NCBI RefSeq assembly: GCF_964204645.1
Contig: NC_134032.1
Span: forward strand, 15,302,275 to 15,366,274
Source of the DNA: Tubulanus polymorphus
Lineage: Eukaryota > Animalia > Nemertea
Reading direction: 5' to 3'
DNA: 64,000 nt
Shown here: piece by piece, positions 14,565 to 27,110 of the stretch
How positions within the stretch are numbered: the stretch's first letter is position 1
Layout: each line of letters begins with the position of its first letter
Made by a program: the position numbers and the translations under genes
Notes under the pieces: model-generated
The model's database searches: none
What the model saw: only the letters and a program-made list of their open reading frames with translations
What the model was told of the DNA's origin: nothing

Positions 14565-14852
14565 GGCCCGGTTTCATAGACTGAGTATCAAAGTTATTCC
14601 TAGGGGTAAATCGTCAATCTGGTTGACAACCCCCATAGTAACAATGAGAAACCATTGTTAATATTCCAAAATATTAAAAATATTAAAATATTTCCAGGGA
14701 CTATTTTTCTTCCACACCTATGAAACCCAGCCCTATAGGTTTCGTTTTGCAATTTTCTATAATCGAGGTCTTGTAAAAATTGATACATTTGGCCCTTATC
14801 AGCCACCATAGGGCTGGGTTTCATAGCTGTGGAAGAAAATGAAACCCAGCCC
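14565..14852. mobile_element. Adjacent MITEs with GGGCYGGGTTTCATAG TIRs
   Basis: GGCCCGGTTTCATAG...CTATGAAACCCAGCCC and GGGCTGGGTTTCATAG...TGAAACCCAGCCC. Confidence 0.55.
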
Positions 14853-15304
14853 AGATGTCGTAAGGAAACATTTCAGAACCTTTTTTACTCTCAGTGTGCA
14901 GGGATTTTATATTATCTGTACAACCCTGGTGTAATGGTTATAACAAGTAGTACACCAGACGTATAATCGGAACTAAACGCGGTGCAAGGTGTCGATTTAC
15001 AAACATATGTATCATTGCTGTATAGTCATTATGTCACCCATAATCAATCATATTTAATCAATAATCGATGGTATCGATCGATAATCGATATAGCGATACG
15101 CTTTGATTGAATACGCGGTCGCGTAAAGCTCCCTCCCGGCCGTCGTCGGATAGTTCTCCGTGAAATCCATCTAATTTTGATCGAATTTTATGAATGACAT
15201 CTTCATCGTCATCGTCAACGTCATCATCATCATCATCATCATCATAGTAGTTTTTACGAATTACGGTCGCAATATAAAAACAATGAGGACTCTTTGGGAA
15301 TCGG

Positions 15305-15592
15305 GGATCCACCAGGTGTCGCTAGTGTACAGCAAGACATTAGCGCTACCTGCAGCAATAGAGGATTCCAAGAGAATATCAATTTTGGCAATACATGATT
15401 CCATTTGTGGCAGTTGAGGATCCACCAGGTGTCACTAGTGTGGAGTAGGACATTAGTTACGGCAGCAGTAGATTCCACTCACGACAAGTGTGGTTCCACC
15501 ACCCGGTGTCACTAGTGTACAGTGGGATATCAACTGCTAACTGTGGATTTCACTTGTGGCGAGTGATGATCCACCAGGTGTCGCTACTGTGT
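15305..15592 (+). repeat. Degenerate tandem repeat with CTCF-like core CCACCAGGTGTCRCTA
   Basis: Cores at about 15309, 15422, 15499 and 15571. Confidence 0.6.
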
Positions 15593-16724
15593 AGTAAGGC
15601 ACAATGTATGATTTTGGCATCATAATACCAGTGTCCGTTTCATCTATGTCGGTCTAAAGCTACCAATGAAAAAACCAAGATTCGATTGTTTAAGCTCATT
15701 CCAGAAACCGTCAAACGTTTTTCATAACAATTCAAAGGAGAAGCCAGACGCCAATGTGCAAACAATTTCAGAACCAAATGCAAAAGAAGTTGATGTTGTC
15801 GGAAATATTGGTCTTTTTGTTGTCATCTGAAAGTCAATCGCTTGTTACCAATATTGAAGAATTCAACCGCTGGAAATCAAAGGGATTGCTGCTGTAACAA
15901 CTAACACGCCGAATCCAAAATGCCAAGGTCACGTTTCCTTTGTAGCGACTTGCAAGGTCAAATGCTTTGAATGTCGAGTCTTATGAAACAGCAATTCAAA
16001 TGCATAAAGTCCCTTTGTATAGTCGCTCTCATATATCAATTAAATCAAAATCGTTTTAAATCGATTCTTTAAAAAGCATAAATATGCCGGTTAATGCGAT
16101 GTCTGATTTAGCTGACGCTGAAGGACTCTATTCGAGTCGTTATTCCGCCGAGCGGTGTGTGTGTGTTCGCGGCGTCTTCATACGCATCAGTGTACGCGGC
16201 GCGCGGCGTCTTTAAAAGCGTTGTTATGCGACGCGGAATCTATTCTCGTTTGAAATCAATAATAGCGACAGTTGAAACTTCCCGACATCAAAAATAACCT
16301 GTTTACAATCTATTTCACTCAACAGCTGCCGACTGCATGACGTCATCGCAGCATCTCGATGACGTAAATGTTGACGTCACCGATCGATAGTAAACATGAT
16401 TTAAACTCAAGATGACATTTTTACTCGTCGCGCCTGGAGAAATTATTTCTTTTTTCAGTTGAGCTCTTCAGTTACATCCCCGAGGCCTGATGACTCATAC
16501 AATGTTTATTCCTGGTGTGAACAAGTTCAAAATCATCACAATGCGATCGATGGACCGATAATACCGGTAGTCGAAAATGTATAAGATATACAAATCAGAC
16601 ATTGGATATATATTGAAGCTGAATCAAATGTTGCTTTAGGGGTAAAAAAGACAATATGCTTTTGCCGTACTGAATTAGAATTTTTAAAAATAGTCATCGC
16701 GAACCTAATTTGCATAAAAAGCCA

Positions 16725-16795
16725 TGCATCGGCCGGGAATCGAACCCGGGCCCCCCGCGTGGCAGGCGAGAATTCTACCACTGAACCACCGATGC
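16725..16795 (-). tRNA. tRNA-Gly(GCC)
   Basis: Reverse complement GCATCGGTGGTTCAGTGGTAGAATTCTCGCCTGCCACGCGGGGGGCCCGGGTTCGATTCCCGGCCGATGCA. Confidence 0.95.
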
Positions 16796-17003
16796 TTTTT
16801 GGAGGAAATCGATATTCAAAAGATCGATTTAAAAAAGTAATCCGCAGGTGTGTGTGACATTGATGATAATACTGGTACACATTGTATAAAGTTGAGCCTC
16901 ATTTCCGATGGTGCACACCAGTTACAAATGTAGAATAAGAATAGATTCATATATTAGCATTTCTTAAAAAACGAAGCAAAAAGTAAATTTCGAAAAATAA
17001 AAT

Positions 17004-17052
17004 TGCATCGGCTGGGAATCGAACCCGGACCCCCGCACTGAATCACCGATGC
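17004..17052 (-). pseudogene. tRNA-Gly pseudogene with internal deletion
   Basis: Both acceptor arms and the T arm are present. About 22 nt including the anticodon are deleted. Confidence 0.88.
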
Positions 17053-19044
17053 TTGTTGAGACTATGGAGGTAGTCATCAAGTGGTGACTAAATGTATACG
17101 TGTGCGTGGGCGAAATGTTCTAATATTCATAATTAAATATGGTGGGATCATTGGTGATCATGGTTGTTATTGTAACCGGTGGTTGGTGGATGATTGATGA
17201 ATTAAGGTTGAATTGATAATGTGGAGAACACAATTAGATATGTACGATGTGATCGATCATCAGTCGGGCTACAGCAGACGACATCCCTTCTGTTTAATCC
17301 AATCTGATGTAACGTCGTATCTAAGTCCACGGTGATGCGAACAGAGGTTATTTTGAGGTCTGATGGTACAGATTTGCGTGACACATCGAAATATTTTGTG
17401 TGCTCTCTCTCCCTCTCTACCTCCCTCCTCCTCCCTCCTCCTCCTCCCTCCTCCCTCCTCCCTCCTCCCTCCTCCCTCCTCCCTCCTCCCTCCTCCTCCC
17501 TCCCTCCCTCCCTCCCTCTCTCCCTCTGTCCTTACTTAATCGACTGCGCCTTCCCCTAACACAAAAATTCGGCGCCAATTAAAAAGAGCAGAAAATATGC
17601 TATTCATACCGAGTAGTGCGGCGGCAGCCTCGATGCGCGTCGGTGATGACACTAAACGGAGCTGGAGAAATAATTGTCTCCAATTTGAATCGATTCTGTA
17701 TGAATTTCAAATGAACCTGGATTTGCATAGATTTGCATAGATTTGCATATAACGAGTTAGAAACCCTGTACGCTAATTAGGGCAATCTTCGTAGTCTCCT
17801 TAAACGATATTCCTATATTGCCAAACAACAACAGTATCACACAAACTACGCGCCGTCTGCTCAAGATACAGCGTAATGACCTTCAAAAGGTGATCAACCT
17901 CGACATGTATAATAAACAACCTGTGAATTAATTAGTCCAGTTTTAATGTGAAATTTGCACAATATACAAACAAAGGTTTTCAGTTGGCGGTTTGCCAGAA
18001 TTCTTCGGGCCAATCGCAATAAGCGTAACTATACAATACACGGATCATGTTTCTCATTGGTTGGTCTGCCCGAACGTCACTTATTGTTGAACTGGCCAAT
18101 CAGAATAAGTGTTACTAAAATACACAAATCACTGGCCAATCAGAATAAGCGTTACTGAAATACACAAATCACTGGCCAATCAGAATTAGACTATCTTGCT
18201 GTATTTATTATAACATGCGGTATTTATTGGTTGGTTCATTTGAATACCTTCTGAAGCTGGCCAATCACAATGAGCGTTACACGATACAAGATGGTGGAAT
18301 TCGTATTTGAAATGAACCTGTTTTCTGTGTCAATATATCGAAGTCACGGGTGTCTCTTCAACCCGTTCAATGGCCGAATTTGAAATGTCTGGTTGTTATG
18401 GCATTGATTTCCGCGCAACGGACACCAGTGTTATAATCAGATTCCTATTTTCAATGGACTGTATAATTTCTCTTTTCTTCGCGGGGCTTTGAGGCGTATT
18501 CTGAGGGAAATGTTTAAGACATAGCCTAATCGTAAATGAATCTCTACAGAGAAAGAGAGACAGGCGCGATAGAACGCGAACAGAGAGTAGAGAAAGGTTA
18601 CCGTTAATGAAAAACACTGGTATATCCCTTACATACTCGTGTGTGACGTCACGGCGAGTTGTATTCGATTATTTCCAGTCCCCGGAGAATTCGTCCAAGT
18701 GCGCGGTACAAAATTACCGTAGCCTGAAATTCGATTTAGTGTCAGGTTTCTACATCGGCGAATATTTAATACCGAATTTACGATTCACCGACACAAAGTT
18801 AGCTTCCTTATCTGCACACGTGTCCGTCCAGACGCCGCGCTGAGTCGAGTTTGAATTTGTATATTAATGGTTCTCACTGTTGATTGGGTTAATTTAAATC
18901 GGTTCGTTAGCAATCGTCACGTGACGAACGGAAGGTAATTGGCGTGATTGGTTGTCTAATATAGATTTCTGTCACGTGTTAAGCAAATGTTACACTGACC
19001 TTCAGAAGTGTTGCGCAATTTTGGCATTTTAAGTAGAATTGCGT

Positions 19045-19515
19045 CAACTTTACCGCAGCAAGAGACAGAGTCTACTATATTTCACAAACTCAGTATTTGA
19101 CACCAACTCGGGGTAGAATTTTACCAGTCTCAACTTTACCGCAGTAAGAGACAGAATCTACTGTATTTCACAAACTCTTACTCAGTATTTGACACCAACT
19201 CGGGGTAGAATTTAACCAGTTTCAACTTAACCGCAGTAAGAGACAGAGTCTACTGTATTTCACAAACTCTTACTCAGTATTTGACACCAACTCGGGGTAG
19301 AATTTTACCAGTCTCAACTTTACCTCAGTAAGAGACAGAGTCTACTGTATTTCACAAACTCTTACTCAGTATTTGACACCAACTCGGGGTAGAATTTTAC
19401 CGGTCTCAACTTTACCGCAGTAAGAGACAGAGTCTACTGTATTTCACAAACTCTTACTCAGTATTTGACACCAACTCAGGGTAGAATTTTAACGGTCTCA
19501 ACTTTACCGCAGTAA
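19045..19515. repeat. 92-bp minisatellite
   Basis: About 5 units of CAACTTTACCGCAGTAAGAGACAGAGTCTACTG...GTAGAATTTTACCAGTCT. Confidence 0.92.
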
Positions 19516-19980
19516 ACTTTACCGTCAATTCGATATTCTCATCAATACACACCTACTATTAACACGGTTATAAAACAGTCTTAGAGAACGAACCACACAC
19601 GCCCCCACCCCTCCCTTGACTCCCTCCCTCCCTTTTCGTGACTAAATCTAATCAACATCACACCGAAGTCGGCCATTTTAATTGAATTTCATGCAGGCCG
19701 CTTGTATTTTTATAATCCAATTTTTAGACCTATCTAATTAAGAAATGCAATGCGCAGTAGAACTCGGCATTGCGTGGTGTGGACCTGAAAGGCAAGAGGA
19801 CGCTGTTTGTATTTAGTTACGGAAGGAAGTTTCCGTTAACTGTTGAGAACGCCCCCTGTTGAGAGAATACGGAAATTGTTTGATGAAAAGCAAACTTGAG
19901 TTGGGCGGGCAGCAAAAGCCCTAAGTCTACGCATTTCAAGCTAATCCGCATTTGATTCTACAAAAGCTAAAAAAATGTCG

Positions 19981-20051
19981 TGCATCGGCCGGGAATCGAA
20001 CCCGGGCCCCCCGCGTGGCAGGCGAGAATTCTACCACTGAACCACCGATGC
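19981..20051 (-). tRNA. tRNA-Gly(GCC)
   Basis: Identical to 16725-16795. Confidence 0.95.
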
Positions 20052-20294
20052 TTGTTGGAGGATACGCAATCTAAAGTCTAGAAAGCCATATCCAGAACAG
20101 TTGCAACCCGCAGGTGTGTTTGACATTGATGATATATACTGTACCTTGCACTGTACTAAAACACATTGTATAAAGCTGACCCTCAATGCAGATCAGTGAA
20201 GACCAGTTACAAATGTAGAATCTCACAGAAAAATAGATTCTTATATCCACAATGCGCTTTAAACGTGGCAAAAATGAATTTCAAAAAACAACTT

Positions 20295-20365
20295 TGCATC
20301 GGCCGGGAATCGAACCCGGGCCCCACGCGAGGCAGGCGAGAAATCTACCACTGAACCACCGATGC
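20295..20365 (-). pseudogene. tRNA-Gly(GCC) variant, likely pseudogene
   Basis: Three substitutions: D-stem, position 37 A>T, and anticodon stem 3' arm. Confidence 0.7.
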
Positions 20366-21544
20366 TTGATAAGTTTAGTCTAAAAGTTCAAGCAACCAGA
20401 CTTCGAAAACACCACACTACAAAGACCAGACATAAGACATTTCATCAAAACACTTCCCAGATGATATGAAAAATATTGATAGCAGATATTGATATTTTGA
20501 AGGGCGTGGTCTCGGCGGTTGAAAATTATGTACCTATTATTGTATAATTCATCCGAATGTCGATTTATTTTTACGTATAACTTCTAATTAGTTTCTACCT
20601 ACGGCAAGCACACGCACACAAGTGTCATCAGTTATTGTCGACTTCGTTGCGGAAATCCGTCAGCAAATCATAATGTCGCCATATTCGACGAGAGGAGAAC
20701 TAATGTATATTTGTTTTCGCGAACTTCGATTTTTCGGGGGGATATTTCTCGTAATCTTTTGAACAACGATGACTTATCTGAACCGCACAGTTTCACTGGT
20801 CGTGCATTGAAGCACGTGTTCAAAAGTTAAAGAGGAATATCCCCAAAAAATATATACGAGATAAAGAAATGGACTTGAGCCACTTCCCGGCTTGTGGTGA
20901 GCGCGGCAGGCTCCGAGCCGGGCAATTTTCGTCGTGTTTCTCGTGGAATGTGATATAATTAGCATTGTTAACCGAGTCCTCGACGCAGACGATGACGCTA
21001 ACCGAATTAGCAGACGATTTTGGTAATTCCTACGTTTATTAGGTTTAAACTTTTCCGTCATATTGGTTATTATTTCACCAGCTGTACCTAGTCTGTCCGC
21101 GCGGAATCCTCTGAGGTTTCAAACTAACAATTATTACCGTTGTCGTCATTGGTTAATTTATATGTTACACTGCTCTACATTATTTTGTACAGTCATGTTG
21201 GCCCCTTAGAAAATAGCTGAGTCTTGTTGGCTGCTTACAACTACGATGTTTATTGCACTTCACGTTGTTTTTCGGATCTTGTTTTCGTGTTGGTTTCGTG
21301 TTTTGTGTTGTGACGGTTCCTGATATCGGATGGTTTCGTTCCTTCTGGTTTAAGATCCTCTCAGAGACGATAACTAAAACACTTACTTTTCCACGAGTCC
21401 ACCCCAATTTCTGCATGACTTTTTCCTTTCTTCACTGACTCTCCAAGCTCTCCCGGCGTTCACATATTGTGACCTTGTCTTACGTCAGAACATCCCACCG
21501 ACCCATGTATGGAGCGCTTGCGTACATACGCACGACACAATTAT

Positions 21545-21946
21545 CTAAATATAAGTTTTGCCACCAGTTAGAGCTCAATGCGCGCCACATTTCGGTTTCC
21601 CTCCTGTCACAATCAGACAAGATATCTGGCTTAACTTCAGTTTCTATCTTTATGTGGGACACGTGGGTATTCAGACAACAACCACGGCCATGAACTCCAG
21701 CTTTTGTTCATATTTCCCTACTGCCGGTGAACTGATGCCCCTGAACTTTCCCTTCCAAAGGTGATTGACCCCAATCGCTTTGGGAAGAGGCAAGACTCTC
21801 TAACCCTATTGGATTGTTCATTTAACCTCACGACGGGACCATCGCAGACCGCACACTGTAAACAGCCAGCAGGACTTGAACCCACTTATCACTCAGCGCT
21901 GAAAGTGAATACAGCAGCATCAATCCGTATCCCACTGAGCTACCGA
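21545..21946 (-). mobile_element. tRNA-derived SINE-like element
   Basis: Minus strand has GGTAGCTCAGTGG (A box) and GGTTCAAGTCC (B box). The body motif TCGTGAGGTTAAATGAACA..TCCAATAGG is shared with the 26672 copy. The 3' boundary is approximate. Confidence 0.5.
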
Positions 21947-23117
21947 GAACGCTTATGGCGAACTGGTTTCTTGCATTCAAGTAACAAAATGCCAACAAGT
22001 TGAAATGCCCAAGGATTCTTTGTCATTTCTGATTCGGTATCAGTCGAGATATACGGTCGGTACGTATGTCGACTGCGACGAGGTTTAATGAGCCGTGAGC
22101 CAAAAGGTCGGTATGGGAGAGACATCTCCTTTCTTCCTCGCAGCTACGACAACCACTATCATTCCTGATCTGTCACCGTCGCAGACAGTTCGCCTGTGTA
22201 CAGACCTGTAATCAATGGACTGCGTAATGTGATGGACACCTCAGCTCTACCCTATCTCCTTTCTCTCCCTCCCTCTCCCTCCCTCTCCCTCCCTCAATCT
22301 CCCTCGCTCCACCATGCCATTCCCGATGGTTCTATCTCCCATCCATAAGCCCCCTCTCTCTCCTCCCTCTCGTTCTCGCTCGCCTACCTCCCTCCCTCAT
22401 TCTCTCCCTCTCCCTTTTTCAATCCCTCCATCTTTCTCTCCCTCTCCCTCTCTCTACTCTCCCCGCCTTCCCCGTACAGCCTTTCATCTTGACATCTAAA
22501 CGCTTCTCTATAATAGGTCGATTGTTGCGACGTTTTCTTGCAATAATCGTGTTACTCGGTAAAGGCGTTCTAACTCTCAAGCCACATCGATCTGGCTGAT
22601 TATTGTTAGAAAGCCCCAGCAGAGAAGGGCGGCGGATGGACGGGTTGACGAACGGACGGACGGCTGATTGTGTCGCGTATACTGTTTGCTTACTGAGATA
22701 CGGTTAAGTTGATGTATGTACGTTAAACACTAACAGTAACATTCTGGTATTGTTGTCGGTATCTGTATGATATGTATATATCTATGTAAAGTCTTCTTCG
22801 TCTGTTATGGAATATTTTGATTGGATTCGTGCCGCTATGTCGTCTGCAAACAGCGCCATGCACGCAAGTTACCAGCGGGCAGCCATCCGTCTAGTTCGCG
22901 ATGGAAAACAAACCTCTTAACGGTGTTCGAAATTCGATCCAACGTTCGACTAAATCTGTACTTCGATTTTGTTGATTTGAAAATCAGTCCCTGTTTCGGT
23001 CCCGGCCAGTTAAAGGGTTTGTCAAAAGGAAAATCCATATTTCAAGATCCTACAAATGGTTCTTGAGACAAGCTAGATGACGTGTAAAAAAAGGTATTAC
23101 CTTTAGAAAAATGACAA

Positions 23118-23188
23118 TGCATCGGCCGGGAATCGAACCCGGGCCCCCCGCGTGGCAGGCGAGAATTCTACCACTGAACCACCGATGC
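23118..23188 (-). tRNA. tRNA-Gly(GCC)
   Basis: Identical to 16725-16795. Confidence 0.95.
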
Positions 23189-23434
23189 TTGTTAAACAAT
23201 GTGTGATCGAGAGTCAAGAAACCCGATCCAGAACAGTTGAAACCCGCAGGTGTGTTTGACAATGATGATATATACTTTAGCTTGTGCAGTATTAAAACAC
23301 ATTGTATTAAAGCTGAGCCTCATTGCCGATCAGTGAAGACCAGTTACAAATGTAGAATCTCACAGAAAAAGAGATTCACAATAATAAAAATGTTAAGTCA
23401 ACGTAGTAAAAATGAATTTCGAAAAAAATTAAGT

Positions 23435-23505
23435 TGCATCGGCCGGGAATCGAACCCGGGCCCCCCGCGTGGCAGGCGAGAATTCTACCACTGAACCACC
23501 GATGC
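23435..23505 (-). tRNA. tRNA-Gly(GCC)
   Basis: Identical to 16725-16795. Confidence 0.95.
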
Positions 23506-24291
23506 TTCATGGTCGTGTTATCTCGATTTATTTGTCACGAAGCAAGCACTACTGCTTACAAAATGACCCGACCGATAAGAAGGTATTATTTCAGCCTTCG
23601 ATGGATAGGACAGCAAGCGATACGATGAACGTTCTCTGTCGGCAACAGGGAATCAGTAAATCACTTTGCTTGTTTGACGCGCCGCCTCTCTTCAGAGCTA
23701 GCTATAATGGACCATCACTTGACCATAAATTGGCTTGAAACGATCGCAAACCGCTTTCACCAACGCGTCAGAGTGGAATTCAATTATTAATCGCCTCGAC
23801 AATATATCGACTGAGATGGTGAGCTGGCTGCTGCTAGTAGTTCGATTATTGCCATCGTGACCTTAAAAAAGTGTAACGAAGCAAGCGCTGACCTTGAACG
23901 CAACGATGCAAGCGCTGACCTTGACCGATACACCTGAAACCTCGTCTACATTTCACCAAGCACCTTAGTGTCTGATGTATAGCACATGATAGTCTGAGTT
24001 TAACTTTTTCTGGTGAAACCGAGCCCAGAGCTTGATCCGATCGGCCGACAACCTTCACCGAGAACCTTAGTGTCTGGGTGATTGGTTACACTAGGATCGT
24101 AGAGCGTACATTGCCAGGAGAAAGAAGGGCCGGGTATGCAACGCTTGAAACATGGGTTGTTACATTTTTACGATGGTATTTCTATGCCGGTTATGTCTAA
24201 CCTACGAGCAATGATCTAACTGATTGTTAGATAATTGCTCGTAGATCTAACCAACCAATCCGAAATAAAGTGTTTACACATTTAAGGAAAA

Positions 24292-24788
24292 TTACGATGT
24301 CATCAGTTTCGAATGCTTGTCGAGGGAGGAACGTGGCAGAGTCTCACGATGTCATCAGGTTCGAATCCCTGCCGATGGAGGAACGTGGCAGAGTCTCACG
24401 ATGTCATCAGGTTCGAATCCCTGCCGATAGAGGAACGTGGCAGAGTCTCACGATGTCATCAGGTTCGAATCCCTGCCGAGGGAGGAACGTGGCAGAGTCT
24501 CACGATGTCATCAGGAACGTGGCAGAGTCTCACGATGTCATCAGGAACGCGGCAGAGTCTCACGATGTCATCAGGTTCAAATCCCTGAGGGAGGAACGTG
24601 GCAGAGTCTCACGATGTCATCAGGTTTGAATCCCTGTCGAGGGAGGAACGTGGCAGAGTCTCACGATGTCATCAGGAACGTGGCAGAGTCTCACGATGTC
24701 ATCAGGAACGCGGCAGAGTCTCACGATGTCATCAGGTTCAAATCCCTGAGGGAGGAACGTGGCAGAGTCTCACAATGTCATCAGGTTG
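24292..24788 (+). repeat. 52-bp/30-bp minisatellite containing a Pol III B-box (family also at 48062)
   Basis: Unit GAGGGAGGAACGTGGCAGAGTCTCACGATGTCATCAGGTTCGAATCCCTGCC. Confidence 0.9.
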
Positions 24789-25233
24789 GAAACCGCAAAG
24801 AAAGTCGTCGCTTTCATCACATGAAAACGGCACGACACCAGGGAGAGGGTATGGGGCAGGGGGTTCGAGGGACATCTCTGAACTTCCGAATGATGGCCTA
24901 ACCGTACTTGATAACAACGACATTGTCGATTGCCAGCATCACGGGTTCAATTAATCAACCACGACAATCTGTCATTATTCGGCTTCTTTTTCTCGCGATT
25001 GTGCAGGAGAGAAAGAGAGAGAGAGAACCTAATTTACTCTCCCGGTGTGTGGAGGATTACCGGACTTTCTGTAATGAAAACACGCGCAATAGACATAAAG
25101 AAATCATATATAAAAGTGGATCGTGATTGTTTGTTACCGGACGCAATCTTTGTGTGTAGCGTTCCCGCGATTATTGCAACGAAGGTGTTCGTATCCTGGA
25201 ACGGGATCGAGATCGATAAGTTAAAGTTACCCC

Positions 25234-25415
25234 TGATCCAGTTCCACAGTTTTGAGTTAGAGTTAACTCTGGACTCAGGATCCAGTTCCACAGTTGTGAG
25301 TAAGAGTGAACTCTGAACTCAGGATCCAGTTCTACAGTTGTGAGTTAGAAATAACTCTGAACTCAGGATCCAGTTCCACAGTTGTGAATTAGAGTTAACT
25401 CTGAACTCATGATCA
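25234..25415 (+). repeat. Family B MITE-TIR-derived tandem repeat
   Basis: GGATCCAGTTCCACAGTTGTGAGTTAGAGTTAACTCTGAACTCA, ~4 copies. Confidence 0.85.
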
Positions 25416-25465
25416 AGTTATAATTGAGTTTTGAAAGCTTTTAACGTGTGTTTTCTGTGAAACAA

Positions 25466-25606
25466 ACGTTTTGCCGTGTGGGTCGGGTTTTAGACAGCAC
25501 GTTTTGCCGTGTGGGTCGGGTTTTAGACAGCACGTTTTGCCGTGTGGTTCAGGTTTTAGGCAGCACATTTTGCCGTGTGTGTCGGGTTTTAGACAGCACG
25601 TTTTGA
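25466..25606. repeat. 33-bp minisatellite
   Basis: GTTTTGCCGTGTGGGTCGGGTTTTAGACAGCAC, ~4 copies. Confidence 0.85.
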
Positions 25607-25923
25607 ATAGCACGTGTATCGCCAATAAACGGTTGAATCCTGTGTGAGACGACGAAGGCGAGAAATTGTAGATTAAAAAGCTGACTCGATTTGTTGCGTG
25701 CCAGTGACGTCACCAGGCTCCATTATTGTAATTGAAAAATCGGAATGAATTTTTCATTTTTAAATTGCCTAACAACAATATAGCCTGATAAATAACAGCA
25801 ACTTAAATGTCACACGTTCGTGCGACGCCGATCTCCACGCGTGAGAGGTATACCCGGGTGTTACACATATCAGCAACGTGCAACCACCATCATTGACATT
25901 CTACACAGCCTGGAACTATACCT

Positions 25924-26147
25924 TCAGACAACATGCAGCATGGAGCTACCCCTCTGACAATATGCAGCATGGAGCTACCCCTCTGACAATATGCAGCATG
26001 GAGCTACCCCTCAGACAATCGGCAGCATGGAGCTACCCCTCAGACAATCGGCAGCATGGAGTGGAGCTACCCTTCTGACAATATGCAGCATGGAGCTACC
26101 CCTCAGACAATCGGCAGCATGGAGCTACCCCTCAGACAATCGGCAGC
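25924..26147. repeat. 29-bp minisatellite
   Basis: GCAGCATGGAGCTACCCCTCAGACAATCG, ~7 copies. Confidence 0.88.
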
Positions 26148-26671
26148 CTTGTGCCACAAAGCGCACCGATAGAATGTCTAATATCTTGAGTTTGTAGTTC
26201 ATTTTCAATTAAAAATGTCTCAGGTGAAGCACTGAACACATGTGAAGTGTGGACGATCAGTTTTTGAAAGTGTGCTGATAAAATGTCTAATGTCTGGTGT
26301 TTGTAGTTCATTTTCAATCAGAAACGTCTCTAAACTTTCTATTTCATTAGCAGAAAGCTGTAAATCACGCGTTAAAGATGGCGCCGGACGGATCTAGTTC
26401 GCTTCCCTGGTATATCATGTGTCGGGGATAGAAATACACTCTATATAATCTCATTCTCTTTTTACCGGCCATCACAAGATCGGCTGTTCTCAATAACAGC
26501 TCCTATCAGACACCTACACAATAGAGTCGACGCGAGGGGTATACTGCGAATTGTCAGGTAAACTGCTGAATGTGAATTTGTGAGTGATATCACAAATCCG
26601 ATACGGGGACCGTCTGTCAAAAACATACAGCCACCCTGATCCTATGTGATTTGATTACGGTTGTCACGAGC

Positions 26672-26875
26672 GCCAGTTGGTATCTCAGTGTGGAATAAGG
26701 CGTATTGCTGTTGCATCCATTGCTCCGGGGTGACAAGTTCGAGTCCTATCGTGAGATTAAATGAACAGTGCTCCAATAGGATTCAGTCCTTGGAAAACCC
26801 ACCTGTGCCGAGTGACAAGCGGGTTCGAGTCCTGTTAAGGTTAGTCTTGGGCAAGATATAGCCTTAAACAAACGG
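26672..26875 (+). mobile_element. tRNA-derived SINE-like fragment
   Basis: Two GTTCGAGTCC B-boxes and a body motif shared with the 21545-21946 element. Confidence 0.45.
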
Positions 26876-26899
26876 CAAGTCACACTGGTAGGCCTAATA

Positions 26900-26955
26900 C
26901 CACCACTGCTGCTGCTGGTGGTGCTGCTGCTGCTGCCACTGGTACCAGCACCACC

Positions 26956-26995
<40 letters not shown>

Positions 26996-27110
26996 GTGCT
27001 GGTGATGCTGCTGCTGCTGCCACTGGCACCAGCACCACCACTGCTGCTGCTGGTGGCGCTGGTGATGCTGCTGCCACTGGTACCAGCACCGGCTGCTGCT
27101 GCTGCCGCTG
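26900..27110. repeat. CTG/CAG-rich compound trinucleotide repeat
   Basis: Direct inspection. Confidence 0.85.

Noticed and set aside
14600-14824. Minus-strand ORF with DYRKLQNETY, resembling the KCNQ pre-S1 YRxLQN motif
   Set aside because: Wrong strand, lacks NFLERP, and overlaps MITE TIRs.
24330-24480. CTGATGA on the minus strand of the 52-bp repeat as a hammerhead
   Set aside because: No stem II followed by GAAA and no stem I.
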